Of a stretch of DNA of 64,000 nucleotides, positions 13,230 through 28,600 are shown piece by piece (positions within the stretch are counted from its first letter, which is position 1; each line of letters opens with the position of its first letter). The notes beneath the pieces are model-generated. The model was given only the letters and a program-made list of their open reading frames with translations. It had not been told where the DNA came from and did no database searches. Made by a program: the position numbers and the translations under genes. Where the stretch lies: assembly GCA_964016885.1 (NCBI GenBank), contig OZ024742.1:147994001-148058000 (forward strand), given 5' to 3'. Source of the stretch: Eledone cirrhosa (lineage: Eukaryota).

Positions 13230-14318
13230 TGAGTATTGGCAAGAGATTTATGTTTGTTTCGTAGACCTCGACAAGATATGACTGTGTCCCACGTGACATA
13301 TTGTGGAAGGTTATGAAGGAGTATGGGATCGATGGACAACTTGTTTCTCTAATGTCTTTATACGAATATCCTAGTATTTGTGTTCGAATAAATGCTGCTA
13401 AGTTGAAACTGTTTAATGTGGGTGTCGGACTCCGCCAAGGGTGCGTACTGTCAATTCCCCTGTTCATAATCTTCATGAACTGGATTGACATGTGCAGCTG
13501 GGTTGGAAGTGGCATCAGAACTGATGGTATAAGATCAGTCGGTTGGGATTTGTCGACGACATGGTATTACTTAACTCTCCAGAAGTTGAGCTCCGGACAT
13601 ACACGGGATAGGTTTGCTGCAGAGTGCTGCACGGCAGCAGTGAAAATCAGTGCTTCGAAGACTGAGACACTCGTCCTCTTAAGGAAGCTTGCGCAGTGCA
13701 CTCTACATGTAATTGGAGTTCCACTGAAGCAGGTGGAGAATTATCCCGGGGCCATGTTCACGAGTGATGGGAAGCAGGAGGCTGAATTGATTGCAAGAAT
13801 TGCTGGAGATGGTACAGTAATGCGCTAGCTTCTGCATTCAGTCATTAGAAGAAAGGAAGTAGATGTAAAAGCAAAACTAGCTATCTTTAATTCAGTATTC
13901 CTGTGAACCCTTACCTATGGTCATGAATCTTGGGCAATGACCAGAAGAATACAACTATGAATACAAGAGACCGAAGAGGGGTTTCTCCGATGGTCTTTAG
14001 AAGAACGTTACTTGAGTGCATAGCTCGGAGATCAGAGAGTCGCTCCAGGTAGATACTACGGACATATAGCTAGAATGTCTCAGGAAAAAATTGGTGGACA
14101 AATTTTACGGGCAAAAGCAACCGACACGAGACCCAGAGCAAGATGGTTGGAAAACAACCTAGAACTCGGCTGGTCTCGCTTGGGGATCCAGTCGAATTAA
14201 TTGGTGACAGTAGCTTCTGACAAGACCCGTTGGAAGGTGTGCCTGAGGACTCTGCTCCCACGACCCTCTTAGAAATATATGGGCGAAGAAGATATACATA
14301 CATACATACATACATACA

Positions 14319-14348
<30 letters not shown>
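13230..14348 (+). pseudogene. RTE-clade LINE 3' part (RT plus C-terminus) ending in an (ATAC)n tract
   Basis: GVGLRQGCVLSIPLFIIFM, KISASKTE, LTYGHESW; homologous to the 10655 and 40226 fragments. Confidence 0.87.
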
Positions 14349-14353
<5 letters not shown>

Positions 14354-14402
14354 CATTCTTATCGGGCCCTCTTCGGATTTGAGTCTTCACATTTATTATT
14401 AT

Positions 14403-14551
<149 letters not shown>

Positions 14552-15163
14552 TACATACACATGTATGCGTATGCTCTAAATGTATGGATCCTTGGGGAGC
14601 AAAAGAAAGAAAGAACGAAGGCGATAGTCACGACTAGAACACCATTAATAATAAGGGTTTGATTGACTATAGCTAAACATTGACTATTTGGAAATAACAC
14701 AAAAGATCAGGTAAAATTAGTAGCCAAATCTCCCTTCAGATAACCTCCTAATATACCGGTGTTACATAATATCTAGAAACATCTACATCTATTAACCAAA
14801 TTAACACACACACACACCACCACCACCACCACCACCACCACCACCACCACTACCATCATCATCGTCATCTAATAGTTTTAGGGTTGATTCTTTTATTTGT
14901 TAATAACCAAAAGTGAAAGTACATCTATGTTATAATTCCTTCCTACCGTACTTAATATACGTTAAGATTAGTTTTTTTTTAAAGTGTTCTTTATTTACAT
15001 TATTCTTAACTCATTTTTTTTATTTTGTAATTTGATTTATATGTCTTGAATATTTGGGGTCAAGTCAGGAATATTACAAATCCTTATCTCCTTATTCTTG
15101 TAATTGTGGTATTTTCTACCGTGTAAGAAACAATTGTTTGCAATATTAAAATAAAAGGAGCAC

Positions 15164-15320
15164 AGTGGATTGGCAGAATTGTTAGACTGTGGGATAAAAT
15201 ACCATTGTGGTATTTCTTCTGACTCTTTACATTCTGAGTTCAAATCACGCCGATGTCAACTTTGTCTTTCATCCTTCCGTGGTCGGTAAAATATTGTGCC
15301 GGTCAAGTCTTGGAGTCGAA
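15164..15320 (+). mobile_element. Older SINE family 1 copy
   Basis: tggattggcagaattgttag...gagttcaaatc...ctttcatccttccgtggtcggtaaaat. Confidence 0.8.
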
Positions 15321-15339
15321 GTTTCAATTAATAACAATC

Positions 15340-15727
15340 GCCAACGCCGCCGCCACCAAAACCACTACCACCGCTACCACCACTACCACCACTACTACCA
15401 CCACCACTACCACCGCTACCACCACTACTACCGCTACCACCACCACTACCACTACTACCACCACCACTACCACCGCTACCACCGCTACCACCTCTACCAC
15501 CACCACTACCACCACTACCACCGCTACCACCACTACTACCACCACCACTACCACCGCTACCACCTCTACCACCACCACTACCACCACTACCACCACTACC
15601 ACCACTACTACCGCTACCACCACCACTACCACCACTACCACCACCACTACCACCACTACCACCGCTACCACCACTACTACCGCTACCACCACCACTACCA
15701 CCGCTACCACCTCTACCACCACTACCG
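15340..15727. repeat. Compound trinucleotide repeat (ACC/ACT/GCT/TCT)
   Basis: Direct reading; source of the spurious poly-Thr/His/Val ORFs. Confidence 0.95.
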
Positions 15728-16585
15728 GCTCGATGACAACGACTACGAAATTTTTGGAATTCTGCTATTGTTAGAATTCGTTATTATTAAAGATGGCAAA
15801 CACAATTACGGGATCGAATTTTTATTTCGTTTTTCATTCCTTAATCAATAAAATTTATCTTAGTATCCAGTAAATTAAAATTTTAAACAGATCTAACAAA
15901 TATTAGCCGTTGTGTAGATCCAGGTCAAACCTTATAGAAAAACACCTATAAATCAATTGCATTCCAGTCATGATCATGCTGTCACTTTTCTTCTTCCGGC
16001 ATACATTATATAATGTCCCCTTTTCAAAACGGCGATAGTTTACGAGTTGTGGGACAATTTTGGCTGCTATTTTTAATTGACTGAGTGACCAGTTGTCTCG
16101 TACAAATACTATATAATGTGTCCCCTTTTCAAAACGATATGATGCGAGTTGTGGGATAATTTTGACTACTATTTTTAACTGGTCGAGTGACCAGGTAGAC
16201 TTCCATCGTTGTCTCTTACAAATGCCAGTAATGAATACATTCTATCGACTATATCTTGATCCCTCACAAATTTCCAAAGCTTGTGCAAATAATTCAAATG
16301 ATTTCCCCTTCTTCCTCTATCACACACACAGCTTGACCTCCCCCATATATATACACTCACATCGGTCTCCTCCATTTCATTTACTGTAAATAAACCATGT
16401 CCACAGTATTCATGTGGCATTCAAAGCTCGTGTCGGCTAGGGTTTTAGTATTACTATTCAAGAATAACCACAACCACTATCACCACATTCCAATCACAGC
16501 GTATATCAATTCAAATTAACCACTTTAATAATCTTAAAAACAAACATTTTTTTAATTTCAATAATTCATACTAAGTGTATATATA

Positions 16586-16618
<33 letters not shown>

Positions 16619-16623
16619 CACAA

Positions 16624-17438
<815 letters not shown>

Positions 17439-17553
17439 TGTGTGTATGTTATATTTCATTGACATAATCGACGAGCTATCATGGCAGAACGCAGCATTCT
17501 ATGGTCAGTGTGCACTGACACACACTAATGATTATGTATATATACATATATAT

Positions 17554-17586
<33 letters not shown>

Positions 17587-17620
17587 CAGCAGGCAGAGAT
17601 ATATTATCACATACTAATGA

Positions 17621-17723
<103 letters not shown>

Positions 17724-18195
17724 TCTCATGCGCATACTAACAGACAAATGCACAATTTCTAATGAATATATACACACACATGCGACTATACATAAACTAA
17801 CGAGCACACACATTCATGCACACACATTCATGCATACATATACACTATTTCGTGCGTTCACTAACACACATGTCACATAAATACGCACACACTCACATGC
17901 ACTTACATAATTCATACACACGCTTAAATGCCGCTCTGATTTTTTTTTTCTTTTTGCATGAGCGAGAGCTAATGGAGGAAGTTGTGACGTTCATACTTTC
18001 CCGAAAGTGGTGAAGTGGTTCCAACACCTTTATAAATATCAGAATAAGGTAGTATCAGCGAAAATTGAAACACAACTATGACTGAAGACAGAACAAATAA
18101 ATAAAACAATAGAACATCATAACCATATAACATCAACAAACATATAAATAGATAAATAGTTACATAGATGATAGTCAGATAGAGATAGATAGATA

Positions 18196-18301
18196 TGTTT
18201 CTTTATTAGCCACAGGGGCACAAAAGAAGGGGACAAATACAAAGGGGGAAGTTTACATACAATAAAAAACGTGTAAAATGTTATCACAAATGCAATTTAA
18301 A
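18196..18301 (-). mobile_element. ~105-bp 3' remnant of the Tx1-like element, flanked both sides by GATA repeats
   Basis: Reverse complement matches 37900-38003 (...gcccctgtggctaataaagaaac-atatctatct). Confidence 0.93.
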
Positions 18302-18593
18302 TAGATAGATAGACAGGCAGATAGAAAAGTAAATTAGGAGAAACATTTAAGTGACATACCGAAATAAACTGGTTTTCCGCATTTATTGCACTTATTCATG
18401 GTGTGGTTAAGTAGGTAGATATCCTCTGTCGAGTGTGACGAGTAAAATACCCTCCTTTATCTCGCTGCTACTACATCTGTCCCTTTGTAGAACAAACAGG
18501 TATACGGAATAAGATATAATAATAATTCATATATACATACTCATACACACACGCACATATATATGTATAGGTCTAAGTGCGGTATATATACAT

Positions 18594-18630
<37 letters not shown>

Positions 18631-18886
18631 AAGAGAAGAGAGGGAGACGGAAAGAGAGAGGTTCTTATCTCATTGAAGGTATTAAATGAACTTAGAACTA
18701 TTCTTACATTATTTTTGGTTAGATATGATCTGTGTTTACGTCTATCTTTCTGTTTTTTTTACCTTAAAAATATCTTTCATATCTCCCCCCCCCACATACT
18801 CTCATATAAAGCTCTCCCCAGTGTTATATTTTTACCCTAGCTGTATATATATATACATATATATATCACACTTGGACTTATATATA

Positions 18887-18920
<34 letters not shown>

Positions 18921-18928
18921 CAAAATAT

Positions 18929-19012
18929 AATTGTTTCTACCTCTGGCACAAGGCCAGCAATTATCCCAGTGTATTACTGGTACTTTATTTTATCGACCCC
19001 GTAAGGATGAAA
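18929..19012 (-). mobile_element. SINE family 1, 3' fragment
   Basis: Tail and central block only. Confidence 0.85.
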
Positions 19013-19321
19013 TGAAACACTGTAAGAGACGACGATGGAAAGAGTAGGAAAATTTAAGCTATATATAAAATATGAGTCCAAAACACCTGGCAGTTAATTA
19101 TATTATGTCTTGTATCCATCCTTTCCATCATCGATCGATTCAAGCATATAATATATATATATATATGCATATGCATGAATGTCGTCAGGTATGTTTTGTA
19201 GCTATGGATATGCCGATATATATATATATATATATATATTATTCGATATTTACTCCGTCACTCCTATGTGGAATAAGTTCGTTGAGTGCTTGAATTGAAC
19301 TGCATCAATATTTACCCTAAG

Positions 19322-19380
<59 letters not shown>

Positions 19381-19382
<2 letters not shown>

Positions 19383-19422
19383 TGATGATATCCTTCGAAT
19401 GAAACAGTTCTAGTCCTGTAGA
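19381..19422 (+). ncRNA. 5'-truncated hammerhead motif directly after (TA)n
   Basis: CTGATGA-tatccttcgaat-GAAA-cag ttctagtc ctg-TA-ga; stem II weak and stem I mostly lost. Confidence 0.55.
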
Positions 19423-19505
19423 AGCTATTTCTCTATTAAACATTGTATATACTCTACTATGTATTGAGTACCTTATTGTGGTTACCCCCCGATTGAACCT
19501 GGGAT

Positions 19506-19548
<43 letters not shown>

Positions 19549-20179
19549 GGGTGTCCCAAAAATGTATACACATTTAGATTACAATATGCATATTGTGGGA
19601 ACACACACACACACACACACATATTTATATTCTTTAAATATACTTTAGTGCAGCTTTCATTCTTACGTTTTTTCTATAACCTGTTTTGTATAGAACCTTG
19701 TCCCCTCTTCAAATATATATATACACACACACACTATAATCATGTCTATACTAGAAATCATTATTAATACTATCGATATTAGATCTACAGTCACAGCATT
19801 ACAGAAGTAATGAAAATGATAACAATAATAATATACATTATATAAATAACAAACTCGAAGCTTTTGTGTTGTTTTTTCCCCCTTAGCAGCTGCTCGCCAC
19901 CTTCGAACACGACATAATATTATTTCCTGCTACTCTTAAAAACAAATCGTTAACGTTCGTCTTTTTTCTTTTGAGGTTTATTCCCTTTCTTATTTGTTCA
20001 TATTTTGAGAGAAATAGTAAAAATAATTACCTCAGATAATGGAAAATATCATCTTTGAACAAATATATTCTTCCTTTTCTTAATATAATTATTCCGTTCT
20101 TTTTATGCTTTTGGTTAGCTTGCTTTCCCAAATTGTCGTCTGCCAACTCACTCACCCATACTTTCTTTCTCTCTCTGTT

Positions 20180-20244
<65 letters not shown>

Positions 20245-23200
20245 CTCCCCCTGTTTCACACGCTCCGTCTTTCTATTAGGATCTCTTTCACCAACTATCA
20301 TTGAAACCCTTAGTCACTCACTCACAAACACTCAGTCACTTATTCACTCTCACCGTATCTACTTTTCTGTCATTCAAATTCTCCCTAACGTTCTATTCCT
20401 TTATCAAGTTTGTTTTTTACTCTCAGTCACTCCTTCTGTCCGTATAATTGCCTTGTTTATTTTTTACTTTCTCTCTTTCTAACTGTCTTTCAGTCATTTC
20501 TCCTTTCTAATTAGCTTTCACACACCCACTCATTTACTTTCACCTCTCTCACATTTTCACTTACTCACTTTTAAATATTATATTTAATTATCTCCACTAA
20601 TGTCCACTTTCTCTCTCTTTCGCCTCCCTCCTCTCATTTTATCCCGGATAATCATTAACACACTCGCTTTCATGTGTCTCAATTTTAAACTAGAATGAAT
20701 TTTTGTGTGAGTGTGTATGCTATATTGTATCGCTAGCACATTGCGCACTGGAAATTTATGATTGTTGTAGCTAGAAATGCATGTGTATTTATGAATGTGC
20801 AATTTCTTCGTGTCCACATGTGCGCGAAGAAAAGTGATGGTTTTATGTTTAAACACACGTTTTCTTCCTCTTTGTTTCATGACAATCTTTCGTAATATTT
20901 TTACCGTCGGCAGTCGATCGACAAGATCCCTGACCTTATTCGCTTAAGGAGTGGGTGGAACTAGTCAAATCGGACCGAGGAAACAATGTTTCCATTGGTC
21001 TTTCCAATTGCTAATACTATCTGTCGGTCGCAAATCCAGGCAGAAATTTTCACTGTATCAGTTTCTAATTTTCTTCATGCATTCACTCTTTTCAGACGGT
21101 TAATTATTGCGCTGTTTAATATTTTCCTTATCTGTCCAAAACTGCCATTGCTTCTATGAAACAAAACCACCCCTTTAAAAGGTTTCTATTTAAATCAAAA
21201 CGTTTCAGCATGATTTTTACAAGAACCCTTTGTTACGAATACCACCTTAATAATGTAATAATTAATGATTTTAATAAATCTCTCAAAATCTTTCATTAAT
21301 TAATTGAAATGCCGTGTATTTTGTTAGGGATATAGTCATGAAAGGATTAGATGACTTTTTTCGCGTCTCCCAAACTTCTGAAAGGACAGTCTACCCCAAA
21401 AGACATACCGGCCTCTAGTACTATTTTCACGAACCACAGGTTAGAAACAGCTAATAGAGAAGTTCCTCCATTGACTCATTCAGTTGGGTGTTTCTCAGTT
21501 AGGAATTAAATAGACATAAGTGACACGGTGTAAATCGTAGCATGCGAAGGATGGTATCCTATTGAACCAGCTGTGACTCAAATTATGTATATCTTATATG
21601 GTGAAGAGGCGTGGCTTAGTGGTTAGAGTGTCCGGCTTGCCATCGTAAGGCCGAGCGTTCGGTTCCTGGCGGTGCGTCGTATTCTTTACAATGTCATTTT
21701 ACTTCTCATTGCTTCAGTCCAACCAGGTGGCAGAAGTGAGTTGTACTAGTGCTTCAAAGGGCCAGTCTTGTCACACACTATGTCACGCTTAATCTCTGAA
21801 AATTATATTAAGGGGAACATATGACTGTGGAAAGCTCAGCGTCATACGTGTTAACTTCACGAGTAGGCGGTTGCGTTAATCGAATAACTGGAACACTCAT
21901 TGACGAAACCAATGGAGATCCATTCCATCTACATAACATCATATAGAAAGGAATCTGTGACGCGGAAGTTTTTATTGACATTTAAACAATTGTGGTTCAC
22001 ATATAGATTTGTAATTTAGGTGCAGGACCAGCGTCTTGAAAAAATATTAGTAAATATTCACTTTGCGCGAATAACGCGCTATAACGCATGTAATTTAAAA
22101 TTCTTTTTATTTATCAGAAATATTAGACTTGAATTACGCGAATTTGCTTCATGCGCCGCGTTCACGAACGCATCTTCGCGTAAAAAGCGAACACACTGTA
22201 TATATATGTGTATATGTGTATGTGTGTGTGTATTACCTTTTGGTGGAGAATGGCAAAGTTAAATCAACCCCAGTACATGACTGGTATATTATTTGATGTT
22301 TATCACCTATCAGGTCGATCCATTGTTCATTAGTGCTTTTTTAGCTGTTTTATTTCACCAGCCTGGCAGATCACCGAGCATTGCCTGAAACATAGTATGT
22401 ATGGTTAGTCAATCTCGATATCATTAGTAATGTGATTTTCTACGTAAGTTTAACGTCCTGTACCGCATGAAACTAGACTACCAAGATATTCTTGAAAAGT
22501 ATAAAACCGCACTATGTCTGCATCACATTAACCTTTTCACTACCATATTTCCAAAGAAATACAATGTCCATGAGCTTCAATCAATTTTGAAAATGATAAA
22601 AGATTTAGTAAAAATAAACTTAATTTCTCATCATTTATGTGATAATATACCTGGGTTTTACATACAATAATATACCATGGGTTTTACATACAATCAAGAT
22701 TAAAGATTTTCAGATAAATATAACCAATTCAAAATAAAGAACATAGTATCGTAGAGCGAACGGTGGTTTCAGGTGGTTTGGGACCAAAAGGTCTAAAAGT
22801 TGAAGTCTTTACTATAATATTGCAAACTTTCATAACAATCTGCCCACTAGTAAATATACTATAAACATTTGAATAAATAAACCTATTTTCAGATATTTTC
22901 TATTAAATTATTTCAGGATGTTAAGAGTTAATGGTACTACTTTAGCATGCAATATAGCGGAGTATCCGGAATATACGCTGTGAAATTACCTTTAGCGTGC
23001 GATCTACCGTTTCATATATGACTGGTCAATATAAAAGGGCAATCAACGAACGCCCACGCCAGTATCTTTCTCAAATTAAACCTGATAACATTAGTGTAAC
23101 ACATTTTACCCACTACAATGCTCTTAAAAGATTTTTACATTCGTGTCACTTTAACAGCAGTTGCATTTTTACGGGAAAACAATCTCCTGGATACACCACA

Positions 23201-23913
23201 AAAAGCAGATCCTTGCCATCTACGTGGTAGTGTCGTGTTAGAAAACAAAAGCGCGACAGAGGTGGGGAATACTGGCCTGTACTTCGTTGTCCTCGAAAGG
23301 GATGCTAAATTACACTGCAATTTGGGTTTGTGCGAAATTCTAGAACTGGTATTCTTTTTCGTAATAGAAATACCCATGAATACAGCTGTGACTCTAACAG
23401 GAGAGTCTTCCAGTACGATAACTCACTGGTATAATATCTGCTGAGAGGTGTGTGGTACTATAGTTTCACATCTTCAACGGGGTAAGATGGTTGGGACAGA
23501 CGACAACCCCGTGCAGAGTGACAAGGCAAGATTTGCTGGTCGATGGAAATACAATCGTGGGAGAATGCTAAATGGTGACAATGCTCCTCTCTGAAGATGG
23601 TAACGAAGATGCACAAAACAACAGGAACCATGGACGTAGAATTAATGGTCCTTGAGTCTTTGGTCTCAAACAAAGCTCTGACTGTTGATAATTTTATGCG
23701 GAACAAATTCTTATGATTTTAGTTATTATGATTTGTATGAATAAGTGTATATCATTAACAGTAAATCATTATTCAACTTGTTTTGATCATCCTGCAATAT
23801 AAAGTTCTTATAGAGGTGATAGGCTGCACACTGAAGTGTAAAAGTGTAGGTAGACCTTTAGCAGCGGTTGATATGAGTTTTGGTTTGTTGTTGCCTGGAT
23901 GATTCATTCATTC

Positions 23914-23977
<64 letters not shown>

Positions 23978-24554
23978 AGTGATGAAGTGTGAAGTTGATG
24001 AGTGAGTAACTTATTGGTCGAATAATGGTAAGTGATTAAGTGAAGTTGGTCTCAGTGAGTCAAGAGAAGCTTTGCCATGTTCAAAGAAAGAAATAATTGT
24101 ATTCGTTTGTTGTGGTGTGAAGTGTTATTACAATGGGGAAGATACTTTTCCCATATTACATGGATAAGAATTAATAAATGAACAAGACACCGTTAATTTT
24201 AATGTCTTTATTTGTATCATAATTTACTTCGAAATCAGGTCCAGCAATGGAAGATGGAAAAGGAATACATATATAGTTGCAATGTGCACGCATTGTGCAA
24301 ATGTAGTAATTATTTATATATAGTAATGTGGCTAAAAGTAGTAACCTTTACCTTCGGTGGAAAATGTTGTTAGTGTCAACACCAGCAAGGTTGGCTTGCA
24401 AAAGTGTTTGATTGTCTATGTCGCTACATTGCAAGGTTGAATGGACAAACTTTCTCAGAGTCGAAAAGCAGACTGTCTTTCCACAAGGGAAATTTATCTA
24501 TTGTTCTCCCTGAATACAATTGGTGCCGTTAGTCCTTCAACCAGAGCACGTTAT

Positions 24555-24675
24555 TACGGTCTGAGTTCAAATCCCGCCAAGGTTAACTTTGCTTTTCATC
24601 CTTACGGGGGTCGATAAAATAAAGTACCAGTAATGTACTGGGTAATTTATGGCCTTGTGCCTAAAGTAGAAACAG
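24555..24675 (+). mobile_element. SINE family 1, 5'-truncated
   Basis: B box through tail. Confidence 0.87.
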
Positions 24676-24957
24676 TTATTTAAGTTATGGGACTCTGAGG
24701 TCATAGCTCGGTAATAAGGTTGTGTGTGTGTTAGATTAAGAAAACCACCGTGAGAAAACGTGTAAATGATCTGGTAGACCGCACGCTGAGGTAACACCGA
24801 GTTAATTCCACTTAGACGCAGTATGATATGTCACGTGAAATATACAGATTACTCTCGAAATAGTAATTTTTCAAAATTCTGTCAGCAACCTGAATATTTT
24901 CGCATGCGGTGTATTGTGCTGTTCTTATCAATATACTGCACGAGGTATTTTAAATAA

Positions 24958-25024
<67 letters not shown>

Positions 25025-25028
<4 letters not shown>

Positions 25029-25549
25029 CGTTTCTGAATTTGTTTAGCAAGATTCTTTATCTGAAATCGTGTGTTGAAACCGATATTGTTATACTTTGGG
25101 AGGGTCATGTTGCCAATAAGAAACACACGCACCAGTTGCTTTCACTTCAATTTATTATAATAAATTTATAATAAATTTATAAATTTATAAATTTCTGGTT
25201 GGTTGGTTGGTTCCACAACCAGATAGTTGTTTATATATTATCATAGTTCTTTCGTCACACACTCTGTGACCTCTTCAACACACACACAGAAACAAAATGG
25301 CGTAGGACAGAACAAAGGAGAGGCACAAAAACAAAGAAAGGAATCCCCAGTCACTGAAGAGGTCATATAGTGTGTGACGAAAGAACTATGACAATATATA
25401 AACAACTATCTGGTTGTGGAACCAACCAACCAACCAACCAGAAATTTATAAATTTATAAATTTATAATAAATTTATTATAATAAATTGAAGTGAAAGCAA
25501 CTGGTGCGTGTGTTTCTTATTGGCAACATGACCCTCCCAAAGTATAACA

Positions 25550-25553
<4 letters not shown>
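25025..25553. mobile_element. Penelope-like pLTR-derived inverted cassette in (TA)n
   Basis: Arms 25083-25277 and 25355-25553; the left arm has an extra ~58-bp 3' tail; same family as 32451-32834. Confidence 0.82.
25350..25392 (+). ncRNA. Minimal type I hammerhead ribozyme
   Basis: gtca-CTGAAGA-g gtcata tagtg tgtgac-GAAA-gaac-TA-tgac; the minus-arm copy (25240-25277) is cut inside the core at the inversion point. Confidence 0.8.
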
Positions 25554-25612
<59 letters not shown>

Positions 25613-25619
<7 letters not shown>

Positions 25620-25791
25620 ATGTAATAAACAACATAAGGCAATTATTCCATTTACCAGTGGTTTCTTAAAAGCAAAAGGTTTTGCTTTCAATCCTCAGAA
25701 TGAAAAATCCTGGTTTGTTTATTGAATATGGATTTTAAGAAACCACTGGTAAATGGAATAATTGCCTTATGTTGTTTATTACATAATAATA
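25613..25791. repeat. 58-bp perfect inverted repeat next to (TA)n
   Basis: Arms 25613-25670 and 25732-25791. Confidence 0.9.
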
Positions 25792-25857
25792 ATAATTAAG
25801 CTCTGTTGCATACATAGAGCACTCTTTTTTCCTGGACTTTTCCGATGGAATTACTTC

Positions 25858-25935
<78 letters not shown>

Positions 25936-26496
25936 GTATATATATTTGTATAATGAAATAATTAAAATGTGAAAGTGTTAATTGATAATCTAAAATCAAT
26001 AACAATTATCATTTAAAAAAAAACATTACAATTACTGCTTATTTTTCACTAGTATTCGTAATACACGTAAATTTAAAGAACCAGTTCGCTGCAAAAATAG
26101 CATCGAATTGGTGGGCCATCTCCGAATCAAGTCTATTCTCTATTCTCTGTTTCTGATTATGTTATCTTGCAATCCACACTTGGTCGCAAAGGTCTTGTCA
26201 TGATCTGATGATGTAACTTACCCATAGTTGTGATTTTGTAACATTAAAAGAATATTTCGAGTTCGGCCTTCTGTTTATATATATATATATACAAACATAA
26301 ATTATCGAGATTCGCATTTCGGCCCACGAAATAACGAAAAACAACCTCCGAGATGTGCGGCAAGTGCTCAATGATTCAGATGAACCAGAGCTATAACAAA
26401 CGTTAAAGGCCAAACACACTGAGACGATGGTTAAACAATCATTCGCATAGCCCAAAAAACGATCAAGTAATTCGGGTATTGAAATATATATATATA

Positions 26497-26670
26497 CAGT
26501 GACAATCCATTATAACGTAATTCACGGAGTATAACATAATTCGTTGTAACGAATAATTCTGTATAACGAGATCGACCTAACACATCGGGCGTGTGGCCGG
26601 GGATTGAAAAAAAATTCGTTATATTGAAACATTCGTTTTAATGGTATTCGTTATAACGGAATTTTACCTG
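26497..26670. mobile_element. pogo/Tigger-like MITE
   Basis: TA-CAG...CTG-TA ends, imperfect TIRs, internal (tt)cgttataacg repeats. Confidence 0.75.
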
Positions 26671-26753
26671 TATATATATATAATATATATGTGTATTATA
26701 AAGAGTCGGGATCCGTTTCAACAGCTAGTTCCAGTCTCAGCTGTCGGTGTCTA

Positions 26754-27589
26754 ACCAGTTTCAAACTGAATCCATCCTGATATATATATATATATATATA
26801 AGCAAATATCTTCAAAACAACCGTGTAGTGAACGCCGTATAACAAGAGGACATTTCCTGGGGTGTCATGTCTGCCATCTTGGTTTCAATTCAAAGCTAAA
26901 GTTAATGCACCTCATGTATAGCAGTCATGTCTTCGAGAAATATATAAACGTTACATGAGGATATCATTTCCCTTTCTTTAAAACTGTGTTGTGGGGCCGT
27001 GACTAGGTAAGAATTTAGCATTTTGGGACGGAGTGATTCCATTGCTTTTTTAAAATCCAGATCAAATAGTTTTAGGAAATTAATTTATAGGCTGTTTGTT
27101 TCCAAGATTTACCTTCGTACCACAAGGGATTTAATGAATGACAAGAAAAGTAGCCACATGCATTTAAATTGTAGAATAGTAGAACCTTAACAAAGATAAC
27201 ATTTAACCCTTTTAGTACAAAACCTCATGTAACCAACACTAGTTCTATGATACAAATCTGTATATTTTTATCTACAAATCTGCCGTCATAAAGTTAGCTT
27301 CGAAACAACTTAATAGAATTCTTGATTATTTTCAAAATTATTTGAAAATCATAGGCAGCGTTTTTCATTAGAAATATGGTAATAAAAAGGTTAAATATCT
27401 TCAATCGCACAGAAAGAGAACATGACACAAAAAAAAACAAAAAAAAAAATACCGCCTAAAACTCACATCTTTCCATTCTTGATTCAGACTAGAGTTTAGC
27501 TTCAGTTGTAGAAATTTCTTAGCTTGGAAAACTCAATCGAAAAAACTTTGAGAAAACAATAGTACTCCAAGAAAACACACAAACACACA

Positions 27590-27670
<81 letters not shown>

Positions 27671-27758
27671 CGCAGTTTCAAACTGAATCCATCGTGATAT
27701 ATATATATATATATATAAACAAATATCTTAAAAATAACTGTGTAGTGAGCGCCGTATA
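26754..27758. repeat. ~85-bp direct repeat (26754-26840, 27674-27758)
   Basis: cagtttcaaactgaatccatc.tga(TA)n..caaatatctt...gtgtagtga.cgccgtata occurs twice. Confidence 0.85.
27207..27390. mobile_element. piggyBac-type MITE with TTAA TSD (related ends near 21230-21350 and 41550-41640)
   Basis: TTAA-CCCTTT ... AAAAGG-TTAA; the 3' half matches 41550-41640, which ends aaagggttaa. Confidence 0.7.
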
Positions 27759-28396
27759 TATACAAAATAAGCAGTATTTTGATTTGTGAAGATAAGCAGG
27801 TTTACTAATTTGACTTCACGAAATGGCAAGCTAATTAAATGAACCCACAGTAAAAGTACAAAAGGGTAAAAACATCAAAGAAAAAGACAACAGATAAAAG
27901 AACAAATTAAAGAATAAATCGTTGAGGAATAGTTTTGGTGGATATGCTATTGTAGAGTATATGGAGCACTAATTGTCTGAAAAAGTAGTACAGGGTGTAA
28001 AGTTAACTGTTCTTCTTGAAATGAAGAAGTTTGACTCATCTTAAATGGGACGATATTTTAAAAGAAAACACAGTTAGTATAAAAAAAATGCTTTCGCTCT
28101 TAACACGGTGGATACATAAAAGTATTCGTGAGTAAATAATAAAAATATAATAGTATCATAATATTATTAATATTCGGTTTGTTTGCAAGCAAACAGCCTC
28201 ATAAACTTGTATTCTCAGCAATTCCAGTGAGTAGCAGACACGAGAATACACAATCTTGATAAGGAACAAACACTCCGAAACAATTGTCGATTGTTTTCTC
28301 TCAGCTACCGCTGGAACAAAAGTATGAAGTTGTTCATCTAAAAAACACACATGGTGTTTATGAGGCGGTTTGCTTGCAAATAAACCGAATATTAAT

Positions 28397-28600
28397 AATG
28401 GTTTCTTATATAGGCACACGGCCAGCAATGTTGGGGGAGGGGGAAAGTCGATTAAATCGACCTCCAGTGCATGACTGGTACTTTATTTTATCGACCCCGT
28501 AAGGATGAAAGGCAAAGTTAACCTGGGCAGGATTTGAACTCAGATCATAAAGGGCCGTAACTCTTTGCTGCAAAGCATAGCGTCCGATTCTCTACGGATA
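28397..28600 (-). mobile_element. SINE family 1 (G-run subfamily)
   Basis: Same body, with ggggagggg.aaagtcgat inserted before the tail as in 52369-52565. Confidence 0.88.

Noticed and set aside
15207-15851. Poly-His/Tyr, poly-Thr (mucin-like) and poly-Val ORFs
   Set aside because: A trinucleotide repeat open in several frames, starting inside a SINE; no splice or domain evidence.
18491-18499. 9-nt microexon candidate (ccctttgtag AACAAACAG gtatac)
   Set aside because: Weak donor, no neighbouring exons and expected by chance; needs RNA-seq.
23135-23706. piggyBac-like transposase trace on the minus strand (CISIDQQILP)
   Set aside because: Only one short motif; too degraded to call without a profile search.
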